From Eledone cirrhosa (lineage: Eukaryota): 64,000 nucleotides of DNA. Numbering within the stretch: position 1 is the first letter of the stretch; each line of letters begins with the position of its first letter. Below the pieces are notes generated by a model, which saw nothing but the letters and a program-made list of their open reading frames with translations, had not been told where the DNA came from and did no database searches. The translations under genes were made by a program, and so were the position numbers. The DNA lies in contig OZ024752.1 of NCBI GenBank assembly GCA_964016885.1, positions 10,292,001-10,356,000 on the forward strand, given 5' to 3'. Below are positions 12,189 to 24,860 of the stretch, in pieces.

Positions 12189-12441
12189 ATGTAAGTAATT
12201 ATAAATATTACCCAATGACAAGTAAGAACATAGCTCAATGTATATTCATATTACATATATATACACATATATATATGCATATATATATATATATATATAT
12301 CTATATATATATATATATATATATATATAGGTAAATACGTATATGCATATATATATATATTTCGTTTCTGAATTTGTTTAGCAAGATTCTTATTGGCAAC
12401 ATGACCCTCCCAAAGTATAACAATATATATATACATATGTA

Positions 12442-12472
<31 letters not shown>

Positions 12473-12545
12473 TTCTTTGTGTGTAAATTATATACGAGTA
12501 TATATACATATATATATACATATATATATATACACATACACACTA
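11824..12545. repeat. (TA)n-rich compound microsatellite region
   Basis: Direct inspection. It contains an isolated terminus of the TGT...ACA element at 12393-12421. Confidence 0.9.
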
Positions 12546-13782
12546 TGGAACGTCATGTATGATAGGTCACCAGAATGTCTGCAGTAGTTAAGTGTGTTTT
12601 TCAACACAGCCATTATAATTCAAGAATTTTTTTTTTTCTTGAGATTTCTAGTAAAATATGTTGACCTTTATCTTCCATTAGGTCTAGAGAATAGAATGCT
12701 GATATATTATGTACTTATGAACGGAGTATTGACAGCTATTTCGTGTACTACCCAGAATCTTGCCAGTGTAAATGGAAGAAATATAGTTCTGAATGTCTAA
12801 CTAAAAAAAAAAAAAAATCCACTACATATAATGCCTATAGACATCAGAGTATAGGCCTGTATAAATGTGTCTGTGTGATGGAAATAATGTAACTGATAGA
12901 GACATCAGACCAGATATAATGAAAGACGTACATCATTGATTTTTGGCAATACGAACTTGCATATATGCCTGTCCGAGAAGCTAAAATATAGGATGGTTTG
13001 TATCAGTTATTCCTCTCTTCCAACGATCTGGAGGGGATTGTTTAACTTCAGTAAGTGGATATTAATGCCAAACATTTCATGGTAAGTTATGGGACGTTTC
13101 GTGATTGAGGATGTTCTATGTTCTACTAGGAACTATGCCAAGTACTTACAGATGATCTGACTATAGTTGCGAACTAGAATGGCTTATGAACTAGTTGGCC
13201 TATCAATAAAACATATATGGTATTTCAAGTGAGAATTTTCTTCTTGTAAGCTGTTTATTTCAAAGTAACATGCTATTGGTTAAATACTTAATTCTTCAAT
13301 AATTTCAGAGAGATGAACTTAACCATTCCTTGGAAGATGCTGCATACGCATTTTCATCGATCTAGTTAGCTAGAATGTTTTTCAACCCGCTGGCGCGTAT
13401 ATGTATATGTGTATGCATGTGCATACATATATAGGTATGAGTATATAAATATAAACGCGCAAATACGGACACATTTACAAAAATACACTCACAAACACAC
13501 ACAAACACACACATACAATAAACTCACAAAATCACACATACATTCAGACACATACATACACAGCATAACAAATGGAACGCCAGCCGCTATTTAGCTAAAA
13601 TGCAGGCAGCAGACTTAAAGAGAGTGAAGTAGTATGAGGTAATCAAACTACTCCTCCCCCTTCGCCTGTTGCGAGAGAATCGTAGATATTTATATATAGC
13701 TATATATTGCCGAATATTAGCGCTCTTCGACTTCAGTTATACCATAACTTATATATGTATGAGATGAAAGAATGGTATTTAA

Positions 13783-14378
13783 CTAATGTAATGGTACGCG
13801 ATGGGGTCCACCCACAGCCCCGGCGGACAGAATGGAGAAGGCGTTTCCCCGGGAGACGCACTGGAAAAGCCACTCAAACTCGCGGGGCTCACACCTACGG
13901 CTGGCCAGCTCAGCGCCTATGGTGGTGAGTAAGGAGGTAGCCGTGGGGCCGAGGACACCAGAAGTTTCCACTGCCAGGGGATCGACCGCAAACCTGTCGG
14001 TGAGCGACCGGTATTTGAGGAGTTTGGCCCCCTCAGCCCGACGTGCAGCAGAACCTGGGTCAGTCGCAGACTGCACCAGGTTGCGGCTGCAGAAAGTGTC
14101 GGTGCAAGTGGCATCCCAGACGAGGGGTTTGCCACCGCGGAACGGGAAGATATTCATGCCATCTGGCCTTTTGCCGTCCCCTCGATCCAGCTCCACCGGC
14201 TCGAGCTGGGAAGGGAAGCCTGCAGCTTCCAACCCATGCTTAATGACCTCGTTGAGGGCAGTATGGCGTGGAATGCGGCCAGCACTGTGGCGACAGGAAA
14301 GCGGGTGGAGGCCGAAAGAGTCCACGGTGGAACCGCAGCGACATTGGTGTGGCTGGCAGATCCGGAGTCGATTCCAGT
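13783..14378 (-). mobile_element. CRE-clade non-LTR retrotransposon 3' fragment (zinc knuckle plus restriction-like endonuclease)
   Basis: CRCGSTVDSFGLHPLSC...RH..LNEVI...EP...DGKRPDG...PLVWDATCTDT...KLLKY...PLAVETSGVLG: a CCHC knuckle and PD-(D/E)xK-type RLE typical of CRE elements. It is a GC-rich island in AT-rich DNA. Confidence 0.88.
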
Positions 14379-14392
14379 AATTCCATCATACT

Positions 14393-14550
14393 AACTATAT
14401 ATATAAAACTGATGTTGTCTGTGTGTCTTCATATTTCTACTCCGATTGACTTCAAACTTGCGTTTATATATTCCTTGCGGTTTAAAGATATTAACTGCAG
14501 CTTTTATTTTTCAATTTTCTGTTGTTAAAGGGGTGTTAGGCGCCGGTTAT
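14393..14550 (+). mobile_element. Helitron-like 5' fragment
   Basis: ctatatatataaaactgatgttgtctgtgtgtc resembles the 5' end of the Helitron at 49899. Confidence 0.5.
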
Positions 14551-14574
14551 CCATCTCCGTCGCGCTCTTATAAT

Positions 14575-14807
14575 ATCTGTCTGAATGCCTGGCTGTCTGC
14601 ACTACGACATTCTGAGGAACATTGATGACGTATATTGTTCGCTATTTTCCGTTCTTTGCCAGGGAACGTCTTCACGAACCAAAGTATCGCCTTCCTGTTT
14701 TCCTTCGGTTGCAACGTTTTTCAAAATATTGATGTTTTTAGTTTCAGAAGATGCAGTTAAGGGTGAAAGCAACGATTCTTTGCTTAAACTTTAATCTGTT
14801 ATTTTAA
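14575..14807 (+). mobile_element. Repeat family C (putative Penelope pseudo-LTR) with hammerhead-like motif
   Basis: aacgtcttcacgaaccaaagtatcg...agtttcagaagatgcagttaagggtgaaagcaacgattctttgcttaaactttaatctg. Further copies at 48045-48358, 50960-51515, 58850-58948 and 62885-63075. Confidence 0.7.
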
Positions 14808-14811
14808 TCTA

Positions 14812-15425
14812 TCTATATATAAAACAGAGAGAGAGAGGGCGTGTGCGTGTGTGTGTGTAAAACCCGAGAAGTACCCAACAGGTCTTTTTCAATCTTTGCA
14901 TGTGTATTTCAAGGAGTATTATGCACATAAAGAAATTCGACTTTTTGATCCCTAGGGCCCGCATTTGTGAACAACTGCTTTTTTTCCGGCTTTTACAATT
15001 TTTTTTTAGGCGTTACGTCACACCGATTTCCTTGAAATTGTAACTATGTATTAGTCAGTCTCTTCTTCATACCGTTAGCAAAGAAAATCCAACTCTTTTA
15101 TAGCCCTCATTAGGTGAAAAACTTCATTGTTTTTTCAGCTTTTTAGGGCTTTTTTAAGGCGTTATGTCTAGCCCATTTTCCCGAAATTTCAAGGCATATT
15201 ATCCACATAAGAAAAATTCATTTTCTTGATCCCTAGGGCCCACATTAGGTAAAGATATGCCTTTTTCCTGCTTCATCGAGAAAAACTTAGTTTATACTGC
15301 CATCAGAGTATTCGGTTTATTTTCTTTACATATTGTCCAGGCATGCAGTTTTTCCACGATTAGGTCTGTTGGCGGCACGCGTTCCAAAATAGCTTATCCC
15401 ATGCAACGCCGGGTACCACTGTTAG
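14812..15425 (+). mobile_element. Non-autonomous Helitron
   Basis: 5' TCTATATATAAAA, internal ctagggcccgcattaggtgaaaa subrepeats, and 3' hairpin cccatgcaacgccggg followed by ttag (degenerate CTAG). Sibling copy at 60490-60984. Confidence 0.8.
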
Positions 15426-15555
15426 TGTATAATAACAATATTCCAAATGACCATAACACTAACTGATTACGTCTGTTACTCTGGAAATTATAAAAAGACA
15501 TCTTCTGGTTGCAATTCTTACACATATATCATTAGTCGTCACCACGAATCTGATG

Positions 15556-15715
15556 GAGGTACGAGGCGAACTGACAACGTCGTTAGAACTTCCGTTAGAA
15601 GTCTTTGCAGTATGCGTTTTGGTTCTCTGCTCTCTTAGTTCAAATCTCACCGAGGTCAACTTCACTTTTCATCCATTCGAGGCCGGGAAAATATGTACCA
15701 GTCTAGTACTTGAGT
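15556..15715 (+). mobile_element. Old SINE related to family A
   Basis: gttcaaatctcaccgaggtcaacttcacttttcatccattcgaggccggg...gtaccagt. Confidence 0.7.
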
Positions 15716-16312
15716 TTATATAACTTTATACCACTTTCTCTCTTTGTATCCTTATCTAGAGCAAACCTACTGTATTGAGATGGGTTTCGCCAGGTTTAAT
15801 AAAATAGCCTAGTTACGCCCTATATCAATATGATGCCCCTACGACCATCTCAACAATACGGCTTCATACATACATACATCTGATGTAGACATTGTAATAA
15901 TTACAAATGGATGAGCAATGAACAAACGATTTACTTTCAGTAAAACTAAGATGTCAATTTACACAAATATTGCAGCTTTCATTTAGAAACAATATAATTG
16001 GTAATTTACTAAATAATCATTTCAAAACGCTCACGTTCATAATATAATATCGATGTTTGTTTGTAGTACGTGGCTTATGGCCAAATTAATATTAAGTTAA
16101 TAACTGTCTTATCTATGCATTTTCCTTTGCATCTTCAGACGATTGTATATTATATGTTGCTATCAGGGTTTCTTCATTTGATCTTATTCTCTGATGTTAA
16201 ACTGCTTTTCGTCGTTTATCTTGTGAAATCCTTAAGGAAATTTAAAGACCGCGTATAAGCAGGGAAACTTGACATCTGTTATCACGTACTATTTCTATTA
16301 TCTTTTCTTCTC

Positions 16313-16527
16313 TGTGGGTTGGCTCCATCGGTAGAGTGTCAGATAATCTGCTTTGTGGCACATAGTAACGACTTTACATTCTAGGTTCACGCCCCGCTAA
16401 TGTCAGCTTCGTATTTCATTCTTACGAGGCTGATACAATAAAGCACCAGTAACGCACTGGGGCCAATTTAATCGACTTTCTCCTCCACCAAAATGTTGGT
16501 CTTGTGCTTAAATCAGAAACCATTATT
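16313..16527 (+). mobile_element. Old SINE A long variant
   Basis: ttggctccatcggtagagtgtc...ttaatcgactttctcc...cttgtgcttaaatcagaaaccattat. Confidence 0.75.
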
Positions 16528-17186
16528 TTGTTTTCTTGATAAAAACTTGTCGGTAGAATCCTTATATCACAGGAGTTAATTATTTCATGCAGTGCGTATA
16601 TAAAAGACAACGAAAATAATATGTATATATGTATCCCAGGAATGTTTTTAGAAATATTATTCATTTGCTGTGTCTTGTAAATCGAAATTGAATTCAGAGA
16701 TTTCGATACATCCGTCATACCTTTAAATTGAATCAATAGAAATATTATCCACAATTTCTGTATAGTTATGAAACATACAGGAAGAACAAAATGAAAGATA
16801 TATTGATCCTAGAAACCGTTACGATTCTGCAATTACGTACGAATCGCAGTTGAATTTCTGGGTGAATATAGAAAAGGTCAGTTGTTAAATTACCATGTAC
16901 CCGTATTTTATAATTGGCAACAGGGCTGAAGTTAACTTGATAGCCAAGTTCCTATAACGTAAGATATATTGTTATAGATATATCAATGGTTGGTGTGGTT
17001 TATTGAATAAAATATTTCAATGGCGTTTCTTAAAAGATAGACCAGAAATGTTGACAATATTTCCCGTTCGGCATGAACTGTGCTAAGCAATGTCTTCCAC
17101 CATAACAGAGATAATTCACATTCAAACATGCACACAACATATACAATCTTTTGTTATAAATTTACACTAGACGATTGATGCATTAT

Positions 17187-17494
17187 GCAGTATGTGTGTG
17201 TATGTGTGTGTTTGTGTGTGTGAATGTACATGTGTGTTTGAGTGAATATACATGTGTGTTTGAGTGAATATACATGTGTGTTTGAGTGAATATACATGTG
17301 CGTTTGAGTGAATGTATGTGTGTGTGTGAATGTATATGTGTGTTTGTGTGAATGTATGTGTGTGTGAATATGTGTGTAATTGTGTGAATGTATATGTGTG
17401 TTTGTGTCAATGTATGTGTGTCTGTATGAATGAACGTGTATAAGTATATTTTTGTAAGTGTGTCTGTGTTTGCGTGTTTATATTTATATACTTA
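17187..17494. repeat. (TG)-rich minisatellite flanked by 19-bp direct repeats
   Basis: tagacgattgatg(c/t)attat at 17168-17186 and 17495-17513. Confidence 0.85.
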
Positions 17495-19011
17495 TAGACG
17501 ATTGATGTATTATCACTAATAATCAACTACATACTTTTTAATTCTATTATACCTTTACTGATTTCACTCATGTGTAGCGCCTTGATTTAGTCGGTCACAT
17601 CGATTTAATATTTATTTAGCTGGTACAAGCCTCGCAATCTATCGACAATTATGTTGAAACTAATATCTAAATATTAGTGAATCTTTTCCCTAGCTTACTA
17701 GGGAAATATAATATAATATATATTACATATCATATTTTTCCTATATCTCTCTCTGTATATATATGTATATTTCATGTATACATGTATATTTCATAATTCT
17801 ATTCTTCTCACAAATATATAGATATATACTTATATATTTGTGAGAAGAATGGAATTATGGAACATTTATTACGCTGTACGCCCTGCAAGATATTGCAGTC
17901 AATACTTCGACTAGCTACAAGGTAGTCATATAAAAGCAAGAATTTAAGGTAAAATATAGTCTTAAAATCCAAAGAAATTTTAGGATGTAAACTAATCGCT
18001 TTTTTCATACGAGACATACAAATAAGATCGCTCCTTTCTTACTAGTATACAGAATGCCAGGACGTTAAGAATTCTGGAAGATTTTTAGTTAATTTTAATA
18101 TATTTCAGAATATACTGATGGCATTTTTTTTGTTATAAATTACGTTGAGAAGAATATTAGCAAGAAACATTACATTACTCATCACAGGATTGCAAATTGT
18201 ATATCTAAATTTCAAAGTAATTCGGTAGATAACTTGAGAAGATGAAAGTAAAAATACGTCATACTTCTAGACTCATAAATACAGGAATATACGATTTCCA
18301 ATAAATTTGCAATAAATACATATTCATAGTAACATTAAAAACATCGTTCAAATACGATTTTCTTCTTTCTAGTAATTCTATGAGAACTTTAATAAGTTAT
18401 TGCTTTCGAAATAAGTGTTTGAACTGTATTTTGTATAATTAAAGTTTTTTTTTATATATATGTCGCATGTTCAGATATATTACAAGGAATATTAACAACA
18501 GAATATACAAGGAATGTATATTGATTTTATTTAATTTAATTTTGCCAAAATTATTGGAAATTTCAATTGTTTTATTCGACAATATACAGGCAGTGCGGAC
18601 AAATGTCTGAATATGAAGAATTTAAAGGCAGTGTATTTAATGATGTAATCCTAATTATTAAAATCTATTGTTTATATGGACAGAGTATTTTTACTTTCAA
18701 GACTGGAAATATAATATTGCATTACTTTTATAACTTTTCTAAATTAAATATGGACTGCGTGACTAGATTTGTCTACAAAAATGAAGTAGACTTGGTTTAA
18801 CTTGTCATTATTTAAGAGATAAATAAGAATTTATACACAGAAAAATAGATTGTATATATCTTTAAAGTTTCTGCCAATCGATATTATATATATGGCAATT
18901 TCTCGTGAGCAAACGTACGACCGTTGAATTGTCATGTATGTCTTTGTATTTAAACGAAAAAATATATTGGTTGGAATTTATGAGTTATGAAATCATTATT
19001 TTCAATAGAAA

Positions 19012-19406
19012 GGGCGGTGGATTGGCAGTATCGGTAGAGGGTCGGACGCCATGCTTTCCAGCATAGTTACGTCCCTTTACGATCTGAGTTCAAATCCGGC
19101 CGAGGTTGACTTTGCCTTTCATCCTTACGGGGTCGATAAAATAAAGTACCAGTAATGCACTGGGTAATTGTTGGCCTTGTGCCTAAAATAGAAACAATTA
19201 TTTTCAATAGAAAGGGTGGTGGATTGGCAGTATCGGTAGAGGGTCTGACGCCATGCTTTGCAAGCAAAGAGTTACGGCCCTTTATGATCTGAGTTCAAAT
19301 CCCACTGAGGTTAACTTTGCCTTTCCTTCTTACGGGGTCGATAATATAAAGTACCAGTAATAAACTGGGATAATTGCTGGCTTTGTGCCAAAAGTAGAAA
19401 CAATTA
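19012..19406 (+). mobile_element. Two head-to-tail SINE A copies (19012-19200, 19214-19406)
   Basis: attattttcaata(gaaa) occurs at 18995, 19197 and 19403. Confidence 0.95.
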
Positions 19407-19434
19407 TTTTCAATATAATCTACAGATTCTTATT

Positions 19435-20253
19435 CACCACTTTATTCCTGGCAGGGTTGCTGAGAGACAATCTCCATTCACAGTTGGTAGTAAATGACTC
19501 CAACTGATCCGAATAGATCCTCAATTGAAATCAACTCAGCTCATGGATGTTATCCAGCCATCTTACTCGAGCTCTACTTCTCAATCTTCTGTTGGTTGGT
19601 TTTGCCTGTAAACATCCGTCCAGAAATTATTTTTAACTACGTCTATACTATTCGAGCTGCGAACTCTCGAATCAGATGTATCGCCTCTACAAGTATGGCC
19701 TGCCTAAATTCCTCCATACGCAGTCTATCGAGTAACGGTATTCTGAAGTCCCGTGGTAGGAACTATTTCGGTCGTTCGTATTATTGATCGTATTCGATCG
19801 GTTGTTACCAAAGATTCATGGCCTTAGGATAGCATAGGCACCAACGCCACATGGTAGATAATAACCAGGAACGCTTAACAACAAGATAACTATACTTCGA
19901 GCAATCACCTTTGCTTTCTTTTTCAAAATTGGTGTTACATTTCAGATTACCCTTGTTTTCGTGCCTTTCCAGGTATGAAATCCACCTGTCACCTAGAGAA
20001 TATCTTCTTTATTTAAGTCTTTTAACATCACGGACGGAATTTCATCCCCACTAGAGACCTTAGAGCATTTGTATTCTTTAATTACCGTGGTGACATCGGC
20101 TTCAGAGATGTTGGTGTTGGCTACTAGATGCTCCATATATGGTATGATATGAGCCCGTAAATCCTGAGGGGCCATAGGGGCGCCATATTGATATACAGCG
20201 TTTCTAGAGTATTTTTCTAAACCTGGAGTGAAATCAATTGCATTAAACTCCAA
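19435..20253 (-). mobile_element. RTE-clade LINE remnant with internal deletion
   Basis: ISEADVTTVIKEYKCSKVSSGDEIPSVMLK (RT N-terminal motif) upstream, and AKPTNRRLRSRARVRWLDNIHELS (RTE C-terminus) downstream. Same family as 52590-52845. Confidence 0.7.
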
Positions 20254-20744
20254 GTAAGTGCATTGGCCCTCAAGTATTACAATAAGTCCCTTGTTTAAAT
20301 TATCTCGAAAACATCAACCTCATGATGTCTCTGTCTCTGCTAGAAGATGCAACCGTTTCGTCTGTTCTATCTCACCTGTAACTTTATTTCATTCCTTTAA
20401 TCATTATTATAAATCATCAGCTTTTAATTCCAACTACATTAGATTTTTATAGTTTATTATTTGTTATATTTTAATATATGCAATATATCGTTTGACATTT
20501 AATATATTCTCTATTGAAGATATTACAATCTATGCTCATGAAAAATAAATGTTATATAATCTTCAGGGATAGATTCATCACTTTAGTAATTCAATTATCT
20601 TTACAAATTATTCTGGATATGAACAATGTTAGAATTTGTACAATATATATATATTTATTTCGAGTATGCAATGTTATATAATAACACAGTACATCTATCA
20701 AACGTAATTGTTTATAATTTATTCCATCATACTTAACATATTTA

Positions 20745-20798
<54 letters not shown>

Positions 20799-21151
20799 CA
20801 TATTCTACTCGTTGTATTGAGTAATATTACATTCATATGTAAGTGTATGCGAATGTTAGATTTGAGGATGAATTAATGGGTATTTGGTTGGTATTTATAT
20901 CACATACATAGTGACATTGCAACTTATTTCTAGAGCTGATTTTACTGGTGCAAACTGACCTAAAGTGTGTTGCAGAAAGACACAACGCATCACCCTGAAA
21001 GGAGATCAAAACCACAATATTGGAAGTGATTTGATTGTCCCTATATTTCGGATTGCGCATCCATCAACTGGGGGTTTTCCGAGGGGGAAAGTTTTTAGTC
21101 GGAGAGGGACAACACGTGACCTAATGCTTCAAGCAAACATCAACACACTCA

Positions 21152-21182
<31 letters not shown>

Positions 21183-21424
21183 TGTTGCTGTTAGTCTTAC
21201 GGACACAAAGGGAAAGAGCTCTACACCAAATTATAATAAATATTTATAATATCATTTGCTTTATTCAGTCTATCACACATAAAATATATAACCGTACGTG
21301 TATGTATATATACAAACCACCAAACTTTAAACGATTGCCACCGGCCATCCTGTTCTATACCATTTCCATTACTTAAGTATGCAGTACTATGCATTAAATC
21401 GCACTCAGGCACATACAGACCATT

Positions 21425-21427
21425 GCT

Positions 21428-21465
<38 letters not shown>

Positions 21466-21585
21466 GTGTACGTATGTATGTATATAAACATATATATATA
21501 TATATAAACACACACACGCAAGCATATTTACACACACATGTATGCAGACACACACACACACGTATGCAGACAGACACATATGCAG

Positions 21586-21616
<31 letters not shown>

Positions 21617-21752
21617 AAGAAACCAAGATTATTTATATATAAACGCACAAACATATATGTATATAAACACACAAACATATATATATACAAACACACAAAC
21701 ATAAATACACAAATATACATACATTTATATATATATAAATATATATATATAT
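21425..21752. repeat. Compound (CA)/(TA) microsatellite
   Basis: Direct inspection. Confidence 0.9.
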
Positions 21753-21819
21753 CCCGGAAAAACTTGAACCGTTAAGTTATTCTTTCCTGGTTATGTCAAT
21801 ATTTATAAAACAAACTTTG

Positions 21820-21880
21820 TATTTTATCTGATGAAAGCGTACCAAAATTTTGGTACCCTTGAAATATATATAATAGAATA
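21820..21880 (+). ncRNA. Type I hammerhead ribozyme, canonical core
   Basis: TATTTTAT-CTGATGA-AAGCGTACC aaaatttt GGTACCCTT-GAAA-T atat A-TA^ATAGAATA. Helix I is 8 bp, helix II pairs 8 of 9, helix III is 2 bp with a palindromic loop, and the triplet is AUA. It lies in a repeat (~21810-21980) also found at 63838-64000. Confidence 0.8.
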
Positions 21881-22744
21881 AATATGGTTTTAAAAATATA
21901 GTTTCCATTTATTTAATATCATTGAATATTATACTCCAGAAAAGCTGTCGAGTGCTTTGAATCAGTTATAAACATTTATATTTGTTGAATTACCGACAAA
22001 TTGAATATCTTTTTTGCTTATATATATATATTATCTCTGTGTGTTTGGTTGTATGTATCTGAAAATAAAATGTTGATATTGCTTTATATAATTAGCAAAT
22101 AATTTAGCACTGAGAAATACTATGTGACATATTGCGTGATTTAGCATCGTTGTACGCTTTACAGAATTAATCTTAATCTAAAATGGTAAGTTCCTCAACA
22201 CATTGTTTAGATAATTTTGATTGATTTTTATAATTCTGTTTATCAAATTTATTTTGCTGTTCTCTTTAGGCTTTATATATTGTTTCTCTTTCTGCAATGT
22301 ACAATTCCATCACATCTTGTCTGCACGATGTTTCCTTAATTGGTATATCTATAGATTGGTTTCAATGTTGTAGATTGTATCATTATTAACAAATTCATTA
22401 CTTACTATCTATTTCAATTATAATTTCTGTAACATCGGCTGAAATATTTGAGTGGTTTAATGTATATAAGTATTCATTGTATGTATTATATTACAAGTAT
22501 ATATGAATGCTAAATTATATACGTTCGATTCTAAATTGTAGCAGCTTATTTCTAAAGGATACTTCGAATATATTCTATTATAGTTTATTTTTAGTTCAAC
22601 TTAACTCGCATCATAGCAGACAGTTGTTCAATGATATGAAACTTACACACATCTCTTTATTCATATTTTGTATCTAGTAAAATTATTATCCTTATTATTA
22701 TCAGCTTGTTGCAGAATAATTATTGTTGGTAATATTATTATGGT

Positions 22745-22995
22745 ACCAATTGTCAACAACTAGTCTGAGGTGCCACCCTTAATTGCCTAGTACATTTCTG
22801 AGTATCTTGGCAGTTCCAAGTAGTATTTATTTCTGTAGGGTCCCCACAACTAATGTTGGTTCCGATTCTTTAAAATTGCTTTCATTTCTGATGTCACTGG
22901 GCCACAACTAAAGCTGTGATCACCCTGACATTTAATAATTAACATAATTATTTTATCTCCCTTGCTAGTGTTTCGTATTTCTCAAACTTTTATTA
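22745..22995 (-). mobile_element. R4/Dong-like non-LTR retrotransposon 3' end
   Basis: KFEKYETLAREIK* and LQK*ILLGTAKILRNVLGN* match the EKxxKY and QKxxLLGTAxILR RLE C-terminus. Confidence 0.7.
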
Positions 22996-23039
22996 TGAAG
23001 ACTGAAATAGGTTAACACACACAGTTCTGATTTAATCGT

Positions 23040-23600
23040 GTAGTACGATCGAAGGAAACTCTGTTTTGGCGTTGTCTAGCATGTTAGTGGTGGGATAAAA
23101 TGTCGACGTTCTTGGGCAAACTAGGCGTTGAAAAGAATCGACGATCGAAGTTTTGCCAGAGGTCTTTCAGTCCACGGCCCATGGGTAACTACCAGAAATC
23201 CCTAGCCTGGCAGTGCTACCGGTGATCTTTGGCACTTCGAGACATATTCTACAGGTATGGATGTACATCCGGGCCTGTGCAAGATACGCACAGGGCGACA
23301 GAACCGTCCTGCACGCCTCCATCGATGATCCGAGTACAGCTGACTTGTGGACTGAGGTCGAACACCTCCTGACTATTGTTGTACCGATCCTACTATCAAC
23401 CGAGTCCATTATGAATATCACCACACCATCTTCCTTTAGAAGTGATGGATAGGGAACTTTTATCTGTTAGGTAACCATGGTGATAGCTTTTATTGTTTTT
23501 TTTTAGGCTATTTGTATTAACTTTCCTTTGTTCTTCATTACAAAATGTTTGTATTCTTGGTGTAGTTATTTCATAAAATATTTCTAGTTATATAAGGACC
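23040..23600 (+). mobile_element. Diverged Tx1/L1-clade LINE 3' fragment
   Basis: ACARYAQGDRTVLHASIDDP (decayed CCHC knuckle)...LWTEVEHLL...LSTESIMNITTPSSF aligns by eye with LSAEPIVRITPSPSF of the 43541 copy. Confidence 0.55.
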
Positions 23601-24685
23601 CTTACAACTTGTGGTATGTACAATCATTCTACATCTTACTTCGGATGGAATAGTCTAAATGCAGTAAGTTTTCTTGCCTTTTATTATTCGCCCCTAATCT
23701 TGGTAATTCATTGAATGTCCTGTTCAGAATATTAAAACTGCTGCGCATTATTAAGACAAGTGTACTTTGATACAATGTGTATATGATATCAGAAACATAA
23801 GTAATAATTGCACGATATATTTCAAGGAATGACTTTCATAAATGTATTAATGTGGGAACGATTAACGCTGTATAAAAACGAATATGGGAAAATGAAATGC
23901 ACATACTCCGATAACACGAGAAACTTGCTTATTCAGAAATATTAATATACTAAGTGGTGCATGTCAAGAAATAATATGTAATCTAAATAATAAACTCCTT
24001 GATCTGAAGCATTTAGCGACTCGTATGGAATTTCCTCTGTGGTTAAGCAGTATTGTATTATTTAAGTGGGACATATTCCATGATTATAATGGAAGGAGTT
24101 AAGTGGGAGGCTAACACACCGCTGGTTCTGCTGGGTGAGCAAGAAACGATGTATGAAGTATTCAATCGATAAATAGATATGAAATATTCTTGGGAGGAAT
24201 ATATTTAAGATCTCCAGCAATGTAATGATAATTTTTGTAGTAACTTGGCAAAACATTCCATTTAGAATGTAAGCCAATCAACAAGGAAACTCTACCACAA
24301 AACAGCTACTTTCAAATGTTTGTGCATCTCAAATAGCCTAAAACTCAATTCATGAAGAAGTCATTAACCCGTTTATGCCAACTACATATCGTCTACATGG
24401 CAATAACTTACACGTTTCCTTCTAGCAAAAATGCGTACAGACGTAATAAGGTATTTTATTCTTCATTACTCTGAATTTGTCAATGATATTTCTGATTGAG
24501 ATTCGATAAGTACAATTTAATGTGGAATATCATGAATATTCTTACTTAGAAGTTTGTATTTACTGTACTGATCATTTGTAAAAGAAATATGAATAGAATC
24601 GATCTTACACATCGCTCAGAGAATACAGAACACTCATGCTTAACATGTGATGTCAATTAACACTTAAAACTAAACGAATGAATTT

Positions 24686-24860
24686 TGAGGGAGGTGAAAG
24701 TCGATTAAGTCGACTCCAGTGCATTACTGGTATTTTATTTTACCGACACCGTAAGAATAAAAAGTACACTAATCCCCACGGGATGTGAACTCAGAATATG
24801 AAGGCACGTAATTATGTCACAAAGCATGGGGTCCGACACTATACCGATACTGTCAATCCT
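24686..24860 (-). mobile_element. SINE family A, diverged
   Basis: gtcgattaagtcgactccagtgcattactgg...accgatactgtcaatcc. Confidence 0.85.

Noticed and set aside
13832-14380. 182-aa plus-strand ORF
   Set aside because: It is the antisense shadow of the GC-rich CRE fragment.
24050-24380. Unique-looking stretch as an exon or piggyBac end (TTAACCC at ~24364)
   Set aside because: No sustained ORF and no matching opposite terminus.
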